Source: Planctomycetota bacterium
Lineage (GTDB): Bacteria; Planctomycetota; JAJSAM01; JAJVHW01
NCBI GenBank assembly: GCA_965248445.1
Contig: CBDFJG010000003.1
Span: forward strand, 1,408,001 to 1,472,000
Length of the DNA stretch: 64,000 bases
Reading direction: 5' to 3'
In this document: positions 29,830 to 39,446 of the stretch, one piece after another
Layout of the letters: every line of letters begins with the position of its first letter
How positions within the stretch are numbered: the first letter of the stretch is position 1
Made by a program: the position numbers and the translations under genes
Notes under the pieces: generated by a model
Told to the model about the DNA's origin: nothing
The model's database searches: none
The model's input: the letters and a program-made list of their open reading frames with translations, nothing else

Positions 29830-29904
29830 GCGGGCGTAACTCAGCGGTAGAGTGGCAGCTTCCCAAGCTGCAGGTCGTGGGTTCGATTCCCATCGCCCGC
29901 TCCA
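29830..29904 (+). tRNA. tRNA-Gly (anticodon CCC)
   Basis: GCGGGCG acceptor stem, GCAGC-TTCCCAA-GCTGC anticodon arm, GTTCGATTC T-loop, encoded CCA. Confidence 0.97.
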
Positions 29905-30224
29905 CTCCGGCCTGAGCACCCCGCCCCCCGAACACGAGCTCGGGGGCCGTCTCAGTCTCGCGCACGCACGGCCAGTCAAGTTCACTGCACCGTCCGTCCG
30001 CGATCTCGCGGCGCCGCAGGGGTCCCTCGTGCGTGTGACCGCACTGCCCGGGAAGGGCTCCTAGGAGCGACTTCCACCTCTTTGGCGCCTCGAAGACTAC
30101 GACGCTATCCCGCCACTTCGTTCGCCATAGTTAAGAGCGAGCGAAGGTGTACGGAAAGCCCGAGCCTTCGCTTGAGCAAATGCACACGGCGTGCCGAGTC
30201 GTTCCCAGGCTCCCTCGGACGGGC

Positions 30225-31274
30225 TCAGCCGCCGATCTGGTGCATGCGGCGTCCCTTGGCGTGGACTCCCCTGTCGAGCGCATGACCCGTCGGCTTGCCG
30301 GCCACCGCACTGAGCAGGATCTGGGACACCTGTTCACGACGCTCCGAAGCGGCGACCGGCGAGCGCAGCGCCGCGCGGACGTCGAGTTCCGTATCGTGGA
30401 GCAGACACAGGTGGAAGCGGCCGTCTGCGGTCAGGCGCATTCGGTTGCAGCTGCCGCAATAGGGCTTGCTGACGGGCGAGATGAACCCGATGACCCCGGG
30501 TGCGCCCGCGAGTCGGAAGTTCTCGCTCTCGTCCGCCGGGTTCCTGCTCGGCACGGAGGTGAGCGGACCGAGCGCGGCCTCGACACGCTGACGTGTCTCC
30601 ACGTTCGAGACGTACTGCGTGACCGAGACCCGCGCCTCCTCGCCACCCCCGAGAGGCATCAGCTCGATGAACCGGACGTGCCAGGCGTTCTCGATCGTGA
30701 GTCGTGCGAGGTCGGCCACCTGCGTGTCGTTCAGACCCTTGACGACAACGGCGTTCAGCTTCATGGGCACGAGACCGGCGCGTTCGGCCCCACGGATGCC
30801 GGCGAGCACGCGGTCGAGCCGCCCGAGGCGCATGATCTCGGGCAGCGTGCGGGCGGACAGCGTGTCCAGGTGGACGTTGACGCGGTCGAGGCCCGCCGCG
30901 GCCAGGTCCTCCGCCATCTCCGGAAGCCGCACGGCGTTGGTCGTCATCGAGAGATCCTCGACGCCGGGAACCGCAGCGATGCGCCGCACGACGTCGAGCA
31001 CGTCGCGCCGCAACGTCGGCTCGCCGCCGGTGAGCCGGAACTTGCGGAAGCCCAGAACGGTGGCGACGCGCACGACCTCCTCGATCTCGGCGGCGGTCAG
31101 GATGTCCGCGGAGTCCGCTAGGTCCGGCTGGGCGAGCGGCATGCAGTACACGCAACGCAGGTTGCAGCGATCCGTGAGCGAGATGCGGAGGTAGTCGATG
31201 ACCCGCCCGAATCGATCACGCGGCGCGTCGCGCATCTTGCCCGTCGACGGGACCGGCTGCTCCGCCTCGGTCAC
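30225..31274 (-). CDS. moaA: GTP 3',8-cyclase (molybdenum cofactor biosynthesis)
   Basis: DRFGRVIDYLRISLTDRCNLRCVYCMP, RLTGGEP, RFIELMP, CGSCNRMRLTADG..LCL, C-terminal MHQIGG; GTG overlaps nadA stop. Confidence 0.97.
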   Translation of the reverse strand: MTEAEQPVPSTGKMRDAPRDRFGRVIDYLRISLTDRCNLRCVYCMPLAQPDLADSADILTAAEIEEVVRVATVLGFRKFRLTGGEPTLRRDVLDVVRRIAAVPGVEDLSMTTNAVRLPEMAEDLAAAGLDRVNVHLDTLSARTLPEIMRLGRLDRVLAGIRGAERAGLVPMKLNAVVVKGLNDTQVADLARLTIENAWHVRFIELMPLGGGEEARVSVTQYVSNVETRQRVEAALGPLTSVPSRNPADESENFRLAGAPGVIGFISPVSKPYCGSCNRMRLTADGRFHLCLLHDTELDVRAALRSPVAASERREQVSQILLSAVAGKPTGHALDRGVHAKGRRMHQIGG

Positions 31275-32368
31275 GCAGATATCTCCAGCATGCGCTTGAT
31301 CGGCGCCAGTGCGCGGCGCCGGATCTCCTCGTCGAGTTCGAGCCGCGGCTCGAGGTCCCTCAGACAAAGGAACAGCTTGCGCATGGTGTTCTTGCGCATG
31401 TGCGGACAGATCGCGCACGCGCATCCGTGCTCGGGATCGATCGCGAGCGTCTCGCCGCCGGCCTCGCGCTCTCCGGCGCGCGGGATCGTCGCGATCGTCG
31501 CTGCGCCCAGCACGTTGCTGCGCGACGGCGGCAATGGGACCACCTTGGCGTTCGGCACACGGCGACGGATCTCGTGCAGGAGTCCGGACTCGGTTGCGAT
31601 GATGAACGTCGCGTCCGGCTCGTCCTGGACGCGCTTGATCAGGCCCGAGGTCGAGCCGACGAAGTCCGCCAGTTCGAGGACGTCGGGAGGACACTCCGGG
31701 TGCGCGATCACGATCGCGTCCGGCAACTCCATCATCAACTGCTCGAGTTGTTCGACCGCGAACGCGTCGTGCACCATGCAGCGCCCGGGCCAGAGCGTCA
31801 TGTCGCGCCCGGTCTTGCCGCGAAGCCAGTTCCCGAGGTGCTCGTCGGGGGCGAAGAGGATCGGCCGTCCTTCCTCGATGGACTGAACGACGCGCTCCGC
31901 GTTGCTGGACGTGCAGATCACGTCGGACATGGACTTCACCGCCGCCGAGCAGTTGATGTAGCTGATCACCGCGGCGCCGGGGTGCGCGTCGACCCACTCG
32001 CGGAACGGCTCGGCGGGCGCGCTCTCGTCGAGAGAGCAGCCCGCATCCAGATCGGGGACGACCACGATCTTGTCCGGATTGAGGATCTTCGCGGTCTCCG
32101 CCATGAAGTGCACGCCGGCGAACGCGATCACGTCGGCGTCGGTCGCGGCCGCCTGCTGGGCCAGCCCGAGGCTGTCGCCGACGTAGTCCGCGATGTCCTG
32201 GATCGCGCCCACCTGGTAGTAGTGCGCGAGGATGATCGCGTTGCGTTCAGTGCGCAGGCGGTCGATGCCTTCCCGCAGCCCCTCGAGGGTGTCCGGGACG
32301 TCGTCCGCCCCTGAGACATCGCTGGCGGCATCGCGGGGGTCGGCGGTGGTGGTGCTGTCGGTCGTCAC
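31271..32368 (-). CDS. nadA: Quinolinate synthase
   Basis: ILAHYYQ, GDSLGL, GVHFMAETAKILNP, AGCSL, YINCSA, CTSSNA, CMVH, AHPEC, GSTSG, CPHM. Confidence 0.97.
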   Translation of the reverse strand: MTTDSTTTADPRDAASDVSGADDVPDTLEGLREGIDRLRTERNAIILAHYYQVGAIQDIADYVGDSLGLAQQAAATDADVIAFAGVHFMAETAKILNPDKIVVVPDLDAGCSLDESAPAEPFREWVDAHPGAAVISYINCSAAVKSMSDVICTSSNAERVVQSIEEGRPILFAPDEHLGNWLRGKTGRDMTLWPGRCMVHDAFAVEQLEQLMMELPDAIVIAHPECPPDVLELADFVGSTSGLIKRVQDEPDATFIIATESGLLHEIRRRVPNAKVVPLPPSRSNVLGAATIATIPRAGEREAGGETLAIDPEHGCACAICPHMRKNTMRKLFLCLRDLEPRLELDEEIRRRALAPIKRMLEISA

Positions 32369-32420
32369 GGGGTTCTCCGGAAGCGTGTCAGAGTACCGGG
32401 GGGGACTGCCCCACCGGGAA

Positions 32421-34547
32421 CTACTCCAAGCGGCCGAGGAACTCCCGCAAACCCTCGTCCACCGTCTCCACCTGTCCCGCGAAGACGGACAGGAACAGCC
32501 GGCGCCCCTCCGAGTCCGCCGACCCGGGTGACGGAGCACGCTCCTCCATCGCCTGCTGCCAGCGGGCGAAGCGCCGCATCGCCTCAGCGGGCGCCTCGGA
32601 CATCAGCCAGTGGTGCAGCGCCCACGCCTGGACGTACCAGAGCCGGCGGTCTTGTCCGTCGAGCTTGCGTGGGTCGCGGGCGAGGAACGTAGACACGTCC
32701 TCGAGGTCCCCTGCTGCCGCTGCGGCTCGCAGCAGCCGCGCTTCGATGCCCGAGACCGAGTGTCCCGCGCTGTACGACGACCCGTCCCACCCGGCGGTGC
32801 GGTACGTCGGGTTCCCGAACCAGGACGCGCGCCCCTCGGAGAACCACGTCGGCCACGAGGTGCCGGTCGCCTCGTGCAGGAACAGCTTCGCCATGTAGTT
32901 GAACGACCAGTACGGCGCGTACCGCTTGTCGAAGCGGATGAACGCGACACCGCGGTCCATGTCCTCGAAGCGGCCCCACGCCTTACGCGACGTGTACTCG
33001 TCGTGCTCGTCGCAGAACGCCTCGAACTCGGCTTTCTCGCGGAACACGAGCACGGAGAGCGGGAGCGCCTCGCGCGGTGGTTCGCGGCCGATCACGCGCA
33101 CCATCTCGGTATAGGCGGCTTCGAGCCCGGCGAGGTACCAGTCGGCCCACTCCTTCGGCAGGTTGGTGCGGATGCGGACGTGTTCCGTGCGCAGGTCCCA
33201 CGGCGTCTCCCAGTTGCCTCTCACGGCGTCCGCGCGGGCGGGAGTGAACCAGTACCCGTCCACGAACACCTTGCCCTCGGCGACAGAGTCCTCGCGCTCG
33301 CGGAGGTAGTGGCCGATCAGTTCCGAGGCCTCCTTGCGGTCCGCTTCCTTCGCGTCCACCTCGTACCGGAAGTGCCACGGGAGCTCCGGCCGCACGACCT
33401 GCCAGGCCAGCAGCCGTGCGGCGCGGTCCCCCTCGTAGAGGAGGCGCGCGATCGAACGGACGACGTCGCCGTCGGCCGCGCCGCGTTCCATCAGCGACTC
33501 CGCGGCCCGGATGCGAATCACGAGCGGCAGATCGGTGAGGCCGACCAGACGCCCGACGTCGGCCGGATCCACGAGTTCGTTCTTTCCGTCTTTCGCGTCC
33601 TCGGGAGGAGCGGCCGTGGCGTCCTGGACGAGGTAGCGCTCGATCATCTGAGCGGCGGTCTTCGACTTCCCCTTGAAGCCGTTGCCGGGGTGCAGCAGGT
33701 CCGAGGCGACGTGCGGGAGCACGTCGTGCACCGGGAACCACTCGGGATCGAGCTTCCCCTCGATCTCGAGCGGCCCGAAGTCCGCACGCGCCGCCGCGAC
33801 GTAGAGACCCGGCGTGAAGCGCGTCATCGCGGTGTCGGTGTCGTCACCCGCCAGCTTCACGGACTTCTTCCCATCGGGGGTGATCGTGAACGTCGTGTGC
33901 CCGACGGTCCGGAGCACCTCGAGCTCCACGTGATCGCCCGGCGCGAGCTTCGGCTGCTTCTTGCGGTCGATGTAACGGAACTCCGTGACGCCCGGCGCGG
34001 TGGCCGGGATTCCACCCATCTTGTTGATCATCGTGGAGTTGCCGGCGGCGCCGTCGAACCGGGTGAAGAACCGGTCCTGCACGAGGCAGAGGATCGACTC
34101 GTCGGACACATCGGGTTTCACCAGCACGACTCCGAGGTCGTGCGGGTCGATCAGCTTCGCGTCGGTGCGGACCGACAGGTCGGAGACCATGCCGAGCCGC
34201 AGGCGGATTCCGGCGGTTCCTCGCGCCTTCACGATGGCCGACGACGTGTCTTCGGCCGGCACGACCCGGAAGTCGCCGGTCAGGCCGGAACGCACGGGGA
34301 TGAACGGATCGAAGTCCTCGAGGTGGGCTGGATCGCTCCAGTCCCAGCGCAGCTTGATCCGCTCGCCGTCGAACTCGACGATCTCGCCGCGCAGGTGGCG
34401 GTCGAGGGGCACCGGCAGCGGGGCCGGCAGTGCGATGTCGTCGCTGAACGGCAGACGGCGTCCGGACTCGTCCTGCGCGTGCGACGGCAGCGCGGTCAGC
34501 GCGACGAGAATCCCGAACGCCAGCACGCGCGTCACGCGGCCGTCCAT
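32421..34547 (-). CDS. Secreted hypothetical protein with C-terminal peptidase-MA/DUF1570-like domain (start uncertain)
   Basis: Signal peptide LVALTALPSHA; LRTEHVRIRTN, PTWFSEGRASW, YVQAWALHHWLM; no intact HExxH seen. Confidence 0.65.
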   Translation of the reverse strand: MDGRVTRVLAFGILVALTALPSHAQDESGRRLPFSDDIALPAPLPVPLDRHLRGEIVEFDGERIKLRWDWSDPAHLEDFDPFIPVRSGLTGDFRVVPAEDTSSAIVKARGTAGIRLRLGMVSDLSVRTDAKLIDPHDLGVVLVKPDVSDESILCLVQDRFFTRFDGAAGNSTMINKMGGIPATAPGVTEFRYIDRKKQPKLAPGDHVELEVLRTVGHTTFTITPDGKKSVKLAGDDTDTAMTRFTPGLYVAAARADFGPLEIEGKLDPEWFPVHDVLPHVASDLLHPGNGFKGKSKTAAQMIERYLVQDATAAPPEDAKDGKNELVDPADVGRLVGLTDLPLVIRIRAAESLMERGAADGDVVRSIARLLYEGDRAARLLAWQVVRPELPWHFRYEVDAKEADRKEASELIGHYLREREDSVAEGKVFVDGYWFTPARADAVRGNWETPWDLRTEHVRIRTNLPKEWADWYLAGLEAAYTEMVRVIGREPPREALPLSVLVFREKAEFEAFCDEHDEYTSRKAWGRFEDMDRGVAFIRFDKRYAPYWSFNYMAKLFLHEATGTSWPTWFSEGRASWFGNPTYRTAGWDGSSYSAGHSVSGIEARLLRAAAAAGDLEDVSTFLARDPRKLDGQDRRLWYVQAWALHHWLMSEAPAEAMRRFARWQQAMEERAPSPGSADSEGRRLFLSVFAGQVETVDEGLREFLGRLE

Positions 34548-34642
34548 GCGCTCAGCGAGCCGGTTCACTCGTCCGTCCAACCCACTGACTCCACTGCTCT
34601 CCGGATTCTGCCGCCACTCCATTGGACGCTCGAACACGCGCA

Positions 34643-34990
34643 TTAGGTCCGGAGAGACGCGATGGCCGTGTGCAGCGTGGCCCGGCTCGTGAAGTTCGCG
34701 CCCGGGTAGAGCGCCCGCGCCAGCTCCAGTCCCACGGCGTCGCTGCCGCAGAACAGCAGGCCCGCCACCCGCGCGGCGCGGGCCTCCAGGAGCACGCCGA
34801 CGCGCGATAGCACCTCACTGGCATCGGTCTCCAGGACGCCGACCACGACCTGCGGCCGGCTCTCCTTTGCGAACTCGAGGGCCCGCTCCGGCTCGTCGCC
34901 CGACGCCCATGCGTCGTAGCCCGCGTCGTGGAGCTCGGCCGTCAGTTCATCCGCTGCTGCCCCATCGGGGTCGATCACGAGTACTCGCAT
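34643..34990 (-). CDS. Receiver-like (pseudo-receiver) protein
   Basis: MRVLVID, L..AGY, ALEFAKESRPQVVV match the REC fold, but the phospho-acceptor Asp position is Gly/Val. Confidence 0.65.
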   Translation of the reverse strand: MRVLVIDPDGAAADELTAELHDAGYDAWASGDEPERALEFAKESRPQVVVGVLETDASEVLSRVGVLLEARAARVAGLLFCGSDAVGLELARALYPGANFTSRATLHTAIASLRT

Positions 34991-35000
34991 GACAACCATT

Positions 35001-37112
35001 TCACCGCATGGGCGCCACGGAGGCCCGGATCTGCTGGACCACGTCGCGGTACGCCTCTGCGGCCGGGCCCTCGGGCAGCAGGACGAGCGCAAACGCCGCC
35101 CCGTTGGACACGCGCAGGATGCGCAGCCCGTCCGGGTAGTCCTCGCCGAGATCTTCGCGATCGCGATCGTCCTCGGGCCTCACGACGACCGGCGAAGTGC
35201 CCACCCGGACGTTGGCGCGATGCCGGAGGAACACACGCCGCAGACCACTCCCCGCCGGGAGGAGCCGCAGCGCGTTCGGCTCGGCCCGCGGCTCCGCACC
35301 GAGATAGATGCGAATCTCCCACGGTCGGCCGTCGGCGATCAGCCCGCCGAGCTCGTGCCGCCTGACATGCAGGAACCCGGGAAGTTCCGCGGTGACGCCC
35401 TGCTCCGCCACCACGAGGGGTTCCTGCCAGCGCCGTCCCTCGAGGTATGCAGAGACTTCCGACCAGCCGAGCAGCGCGAGCAGAAGCAGCGCCCCGACGC
35501 GGAGACCGGTCGTGACGACCGCGCCCGTCGGACGCGGCAGCAGCGCCAGCGCGAGGAGTGCCCCCGCGACCAGTCCGACGCCGTGCGCAGCATTGTCGAT
35601 GAACCGATGCTCGACGATCCCGATCGCGGCGGTCGCCGCGATGCAGAGCCACAACACGAACAGCCACCGGCTGCGCTGCGCGCGGGGGAACGACTTCGCT
35701 CTGAGCAGGAGGATCACGAGCAGGGCGCCGATCAGCCCCATGGCCGCGCCGCTCGCTCCGACGCCGACGTCGGTGTGGTTGACGTACACACTGGCGAGCG
35801 AGCCCATCACACCGGAACCGAGGTAGACGATCACGGTGCGCGCCCACCCAATGCGCCGCTCCAGCGGCCATCCGATGAGCAGAATGGAACCGAGGTTCAT
35901 GCCGAGGTGCACCCAGCCACCGTGCAGGTCCATGGTCGAGAGAAGACGCCACCACTGCCCCTGCTCGATGATCAGCGGCGCGCTGAGCGCCCCGCCGAGC
36001 AGCAGTTCGAACGCACCCGCGGAGAACGGGTTCCCGTCATCGCCCACGAACAGGAAGGTGCCGACCGACACGATGAACGCGATTAACGAGAGCAGCGGCA
36101 CCGCGATCACACGGCTACTCGTGGACTTCGGCGTGAGCCTCGCTTCGTCGCGGCATCGCGCTTCGAGCGCCCGCAGCTCTTCCATCTCGTCGGCGGTCGG
36201 TGCGCCGAGACGAGAGCTGCCCGCGGCGATCCGCGTACGGCCCGCGACGGCCTCCCGCCGTTGCGCGCGAAGCGTCTCGCGCTCTGCCCGCTCGTACAGC
36301 CGCGACGCGAGGTCCGCCTCGCCGGCGGCCTCGCGCGCGCGCGCTCGGGCGAGCAGCCCCGCACCGGCCGACCCGGCCATCAGCGGCCAGTCCATGTGGT
36401 CGGCCTCGTCGAGCACGTCGGTCCGTCCCGCGCACGCGAGGACCGCGCGCCTGGTCTGCGCGTGCAACGTGGCGACGCCGGAGTGCGCCTCGACCGAGCG
36501 GCAGGTGCGCAGCGCGCGGCTCAGGTCCCCTGTCTCGGCCGCAGCGCGGGACTCGAGCGACTGGACCGCCGGCGCCGTGCTGGGGAGTTCTTCGACGGCC
36601 GCGAGGACCGCCGGCCAGTCGCGGTCGGCCGCCGCCGGAAGCACGCGCGCCAGCGTCGCCCCGCCGTGCGCGCCGGGCAGCATCCCGCGGCGCGCGAGCG
36701 CCTCGAGCCGCTCCGTCGCCCGCGCCCGATGGCCGCGGTCAGCGTCGTCGATGGCCGAGTAGAACGACGCTTCGCCGCGGGTGGGGCCGGGAAAGCCGAG
36801 CAGCGCGGACGCGCTGTGTGCCATCCACGCCGCGAGCCGGTAGCGCCGCTCCGGAACGGCGCGGCGGGCGCCCATCAGGAAGAGCGACGGCAGCAGACTG
36901 AACACCGCGAACGCGAGGAACAACGGCACCGACAGAACGACGGTGCGGCCGTCATCGCCCAGCGCCCAGACCGTCGCTGCGAGGAGGATGCCGAGCAGGA
37001 ACGCGTGGAACCAGAACGCACGCGCCCGACGGTGGAGCAGGACGTAGAGACCGAGCGCCGCGCCGAGCGCCACGGCGTAGAGCAGGAACCGCGCCTCTAC
37101 TGACGACTGCAC
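35001..37112 (-). CDS. Rhomboid-family intramembrane serine protease with long N-terminal helical region
   Basis: GQWWRLLSTMDLHGGWVHLGMN, GVGASGAAMGL (catalytic Ser), IDNAAHGVG (catalytic His). Confidence 0.9.
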   Translation of the reverse strand: MQSSVEARFLLYAVALGAALGLYVLLHRRARAFWFHAFLLGILLAATVWALGDDGRTVVLSVPLFLAFAVFSLLPSLFLMGARRAVPERRYRLAAWMAHSASALLGFPGPTRGEASFYSAIDDADRGHRARATERLEALARRGMLPGAHGGATLARVLPAAADRDWPAVLAAVEELPSTAPAVQSLESRAAAETGDLSRALRTCRSVEAHSGVATLHAQTRRAVLACAGRTDVLDEADHMDWPLMAGSAGAGLLARARAREAAGEADLASRLYERAERETLRAQRREAVAGRTRIAAGSSRLGAPTADEMEELRALEARCRDEARLTPKSTSSRVIAVPLLSLIAFIVSVGTFLFVGDDGNPFSAGAFELLLGGALSAPLIIEQGQWWRLLSTMDLHGGWVHLGMNLGSILLIGWPLERRIGWARTVIVYLGSGVMGSLASVYVNHTDVGVGASGAAMGLIGALLVILLLRAKSFPRAQRSRWLFVLWLCIAATAAIGIVEHRFIDNAAHGVGLVAGALLALALLPRPTGAVVTTGLRVGALLLLALLGWSEVSAYLEGRRWQEPLVVAEQGVTAELPGFLHVRRHELGGLIADGRPWEIRIYLGAEPRAEPNALRLLPAGSGLRRVFLRHRANVRVGTSPVVVRPEDDRDREDLGEDYPDGLRILRVSNGAAFALVLLPEGPAAEAYRDVVQQIRASVAPMR

Positions 37113-37128
37113 TGTCGTCCGGACGCGG

Positions 37129-37833
37129 TCAGCGACCGACGGTGCGGGACGGCATCGGATCGCAGACCTCGCACGGGTCGAATCCGAAGTTCAGCGCGTC
37201 GTACATCGTGTCGAAGTCCCGCCGTTGTCCCGTAGCCGTCGCGCTGAGCACCTTGCACTCGCCGCGGTGGAACTTCTGGTTGACCGACTCGGCCACGAAG
37301 CGCGACGGCGCCGCCTCCGTGACACGGTTCTTCGCGGTGAAAACGTAGTCGGGGACCTCCTTGAGCATCTCGGTGCGGATCATCGCGAGCTCGGGGATGT
37401 CCAGGAACTCGGCCTCGACGCGAATCTCGTCGCCGTCCGCCCGCACAAAGTATGCGCGCGCGCCAAGCTCGTTCTGCTCCGTGCCCGGCTCGGCATGCAT
37501 GACGGCGGGAAGCTCGTCGAAGTTCGCGGCCAGCAGCGCGGTGTAGATGTTCTGGAGGTGGTCTTCGCTGACCTCGAACGCGCCCGACGAACGGTCCCGT
37601 CGCGGAGCCCGGACGAACGTGTCATATGTGACGCTGCCCGACCGTTCGAACGTCAGCGTGTAGTCCACGGCCGGTTGGGTCGCCGAGTGGACACTGTGCA
37701 CGAACCGGAAGTCGTTCGGCATGATGTCGGGCAGCCGCTGCGAGCTGCCGAAGAGGCCGCATGCGGGCAGCAGCAGGCTGACCGCCAGCAGCAGCAGCGG
37801 CGCGGCAAGCGGGCGGATCGAACGAGTCAACAT
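37129..37833 (-). CDS. Lipoprotein with C-terminal Ada-like metal-binding motif
   Basis: Lipobox LLLPAC; FVAESVNQKFHRGEC...ALNFGFDPCEVCDP. Confidence 0.75.
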   Translation of the reverse strand: MLTRSIRPLAAPLLLLAVSLLLPACGLFGSSQRLPDIMPNDFRFVHSVHSATQPAVDYTLTFERSGSVTYDTFVRAPRRDRSSGAFEVSEDHLQNIYTALLAANFDELPAVMHAEPGTEQNELGARAYFVRADGDEIRVEAEFLDIPELAMIRTEMLKEVPDYVFTAKNRVTEAAPSRFVAESVNQKFHRGECKVLSATATGQRRDFDTMYDALNFGFDPCEVCDPMPSRTVGR

Positions 37834-38011
37834 GAGCGGGCCTCCGTCATCACACCCTCACCTCGGGGCACGAACCCCGGATCTTACTCCCCCCAGTGTG
37901 GTGCGCCACGAACCGGGAGGGGTGCTAGTCAGGGTTGGCCCGGCGTCCGGCGGGGCGACTACCGTCTCTCCTCGGAGGCGGCCGTACGAGGCGCGAAGCC
38001 GGAGACACTCT

Positions 38012-38047
38012 GGGGCGGAGAAACTGGGGGGGCGGAGAAACTGGGGG
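38012..38047 (+). repeat. 17-bp tandem duplication (GGGGCGGAGAAACTGGG x2) just upstream of dgt
   Basis: ggggcggagaaactgggggggcggagaaactggggg directly before ATG 38051. Confidence 0.75.
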
Positions 38048-38050
38048 CCC

Positions 38051-39190
38051 ATGCGCACGCGCGAAGAGCTCGAACGGTCCGAGGATGCCGCGCTGGCGCC
38101 GTACGCCATGCGAAGCGCGGCATCCGAGGGGCGGGAGCACGCCGAGGACGAGCACCCCTACCGAACCGTCTATCAGCGGGACCGCGACCGGATCGTCCAC
38201 TGCGAGGCCTTCCGCCGCCTCGAGTACAAGACGCAGGTGTTCGTCAACACCGAGGGCGACTCGTACCGCACGCGGCTCACCCACACAATCGAGGTGGCGC
38301 AGATCGCCCGCACCATCGCGCGCACCCTCGGACTGAACGAGGACCTGATCGAGACGCTCGCCCTGGTCCACGATCTCGGACACGCTCCGTTCGGACACGC
38401 CGGTCAGGACGCGCTGGCGGAGTGCATGGCGGACCACGGGGGATTCGAGCACAACCGCCAGGGCCTCCGCATCGTCACGCGTCTCGAGCGGCGCTACCCG
38501 TCGTTCCTCGGTCTGAACCTCTCGTTCGAGGCGCGCGAGGGCATGGCGAAGCACGGGGACTTCCGCGCCAGCGGAGCGGCCCGCGACTTTCGACCCGACG
38601 ACGCACCGCTGCTCGAGGCGCTGGTCGCCGACAAGGCCGACCGTCTGGCCTACAACCACCACGATCTGGACGACGGCCTGACCGCCGGGATACTGACTGA
38701 GCACGACGTACGCGGACTCCCCCACGTGAATGCAGCATTCGAGGCGGTCGACCGCGAGGCGCCGGGCCTGCCGTTCCGCGTCCGCGTGAATCAGGTCTTC
38801 ATCCGGCTGATGAACGGCGCGGTGACCGACCTCGTGGGCGAGACGTCGCGGCGCCTGGCTGCGGCCGGAACCGCCTCGGTCGCCGAGGCGCGCGCGACGG
38901 CGGCCCCGCTTGCGGGATTCTCAGACGACGGGCAGCGCCGGGAGAGCGAGCTGCACCGCTTCCTCTTCGCGAACTTCTACTCGCACTGGCGGGTGGCGCG
39001 GATGCAGGAGAACGCGAAGCGCTTCCTCTCGACGGTCTTCTCGTACTTCGTCGAGCATCCCCGGACGCTCCCGCCCGTGGTCCGCGCGCGGGCCGAGGAG
39101 GACGGCTTGCACCGGGCGGTCTGCGACCACGTGGCCGCCATGACCGACCGCGAGCTGCACGCGGAGTACCGCGGAATCACGCAGCCCTAG
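38051..39190 (+). CDS. dgt: dGTP triphosphohydrolase-like HD protein
   Basis: RTVYQRDRDRIVH, FRRLEYKTQVF, YRTRLTHTIEV, HDLGHAPFGHAG, FEHNRQ, AYNHHDLDDG, DHVAAMTD. Confidence 0.93.
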   Translation: MRTREELERSEDAALAPYAMRSAASEGREHAEDEHPYRTVYQRDRDRIVHCEAFRRLEYKTQVFVNTEGDSYRTRLTHTIEVAQIARTIARTLGLNEDLIETLALVHDLGHAPFGHAGQDALAECMADHGGFEHNRQGLRIVTRLERRYPSFLGLNLSFEAREGMAKHGDFRASGAARDFRPDDAPLLEALVADKADRLAYNHHDLDDGLTAGILTEHDVRGLPHVNAAFEAVDREAPGLPFRVRVNQVFIRLMNGAVTDLVGETSRRLAAAGTASVAEARATAAPLAGFSDDGQRRESELHRFLFANFYSHWRVARMQENAKRFLSTVFSYFVEHPRTLPPVVRARAEEDGLHRAVCDHVAAMTDRELHAEYRGITQP

Positions 39191-39202
39191 CAGGTACGGG
39201 AA

Positions 39203-39345
39203 GCGCCCCACCGGCCGGGGGACCGATGAGGCGCGTGTTCGGCAGCCCGTGGCTGCCGGGGAGAGACTTGTCGACGTCGGGCTGGTTGGATTTGAGAGAG
39301 AGAGACCATTCTCGGCGTCAATGCTCTAATCGGAACCTTACTGTG
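39203..39345 (-). ncRNA. Candidate CU-rich small RNA or structured 3' region ending in a terminator-like hairpin
   Basis: Minus strand: CUCUCUCUCUC tract, CGGCAGCC/GGCUGCCG stem, 14-bp stem with G-U pairs that form only on minus and a CCCC loop. Confidence 0.35.
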
Positions 39346-39446
39346 CGACTCTAGGTATAGATCCCGCCGAAGAGGGGTTTTCGCTCGAGAAGGCCCTCTC
39401 CAGGCTCGGATCCCGGATCTTGCTCCTGCGCTGAGAAGTGGCCGGA

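Noticed and set aside
29905..30224. 6S/SRP RNA or integrated island after tRNA-Gly
   Set aside because: A long imperfect hairpin (about 29961-30038) exists, but I see no SRP or 6S consensus, no integrase and no duplicated tRNA 3' end
38051..39190. dGTPase as an anti-phage defence gene
   Set aside because: Ordinary short Dgt-like protein in a housekeeping context with no defence-island neighbours
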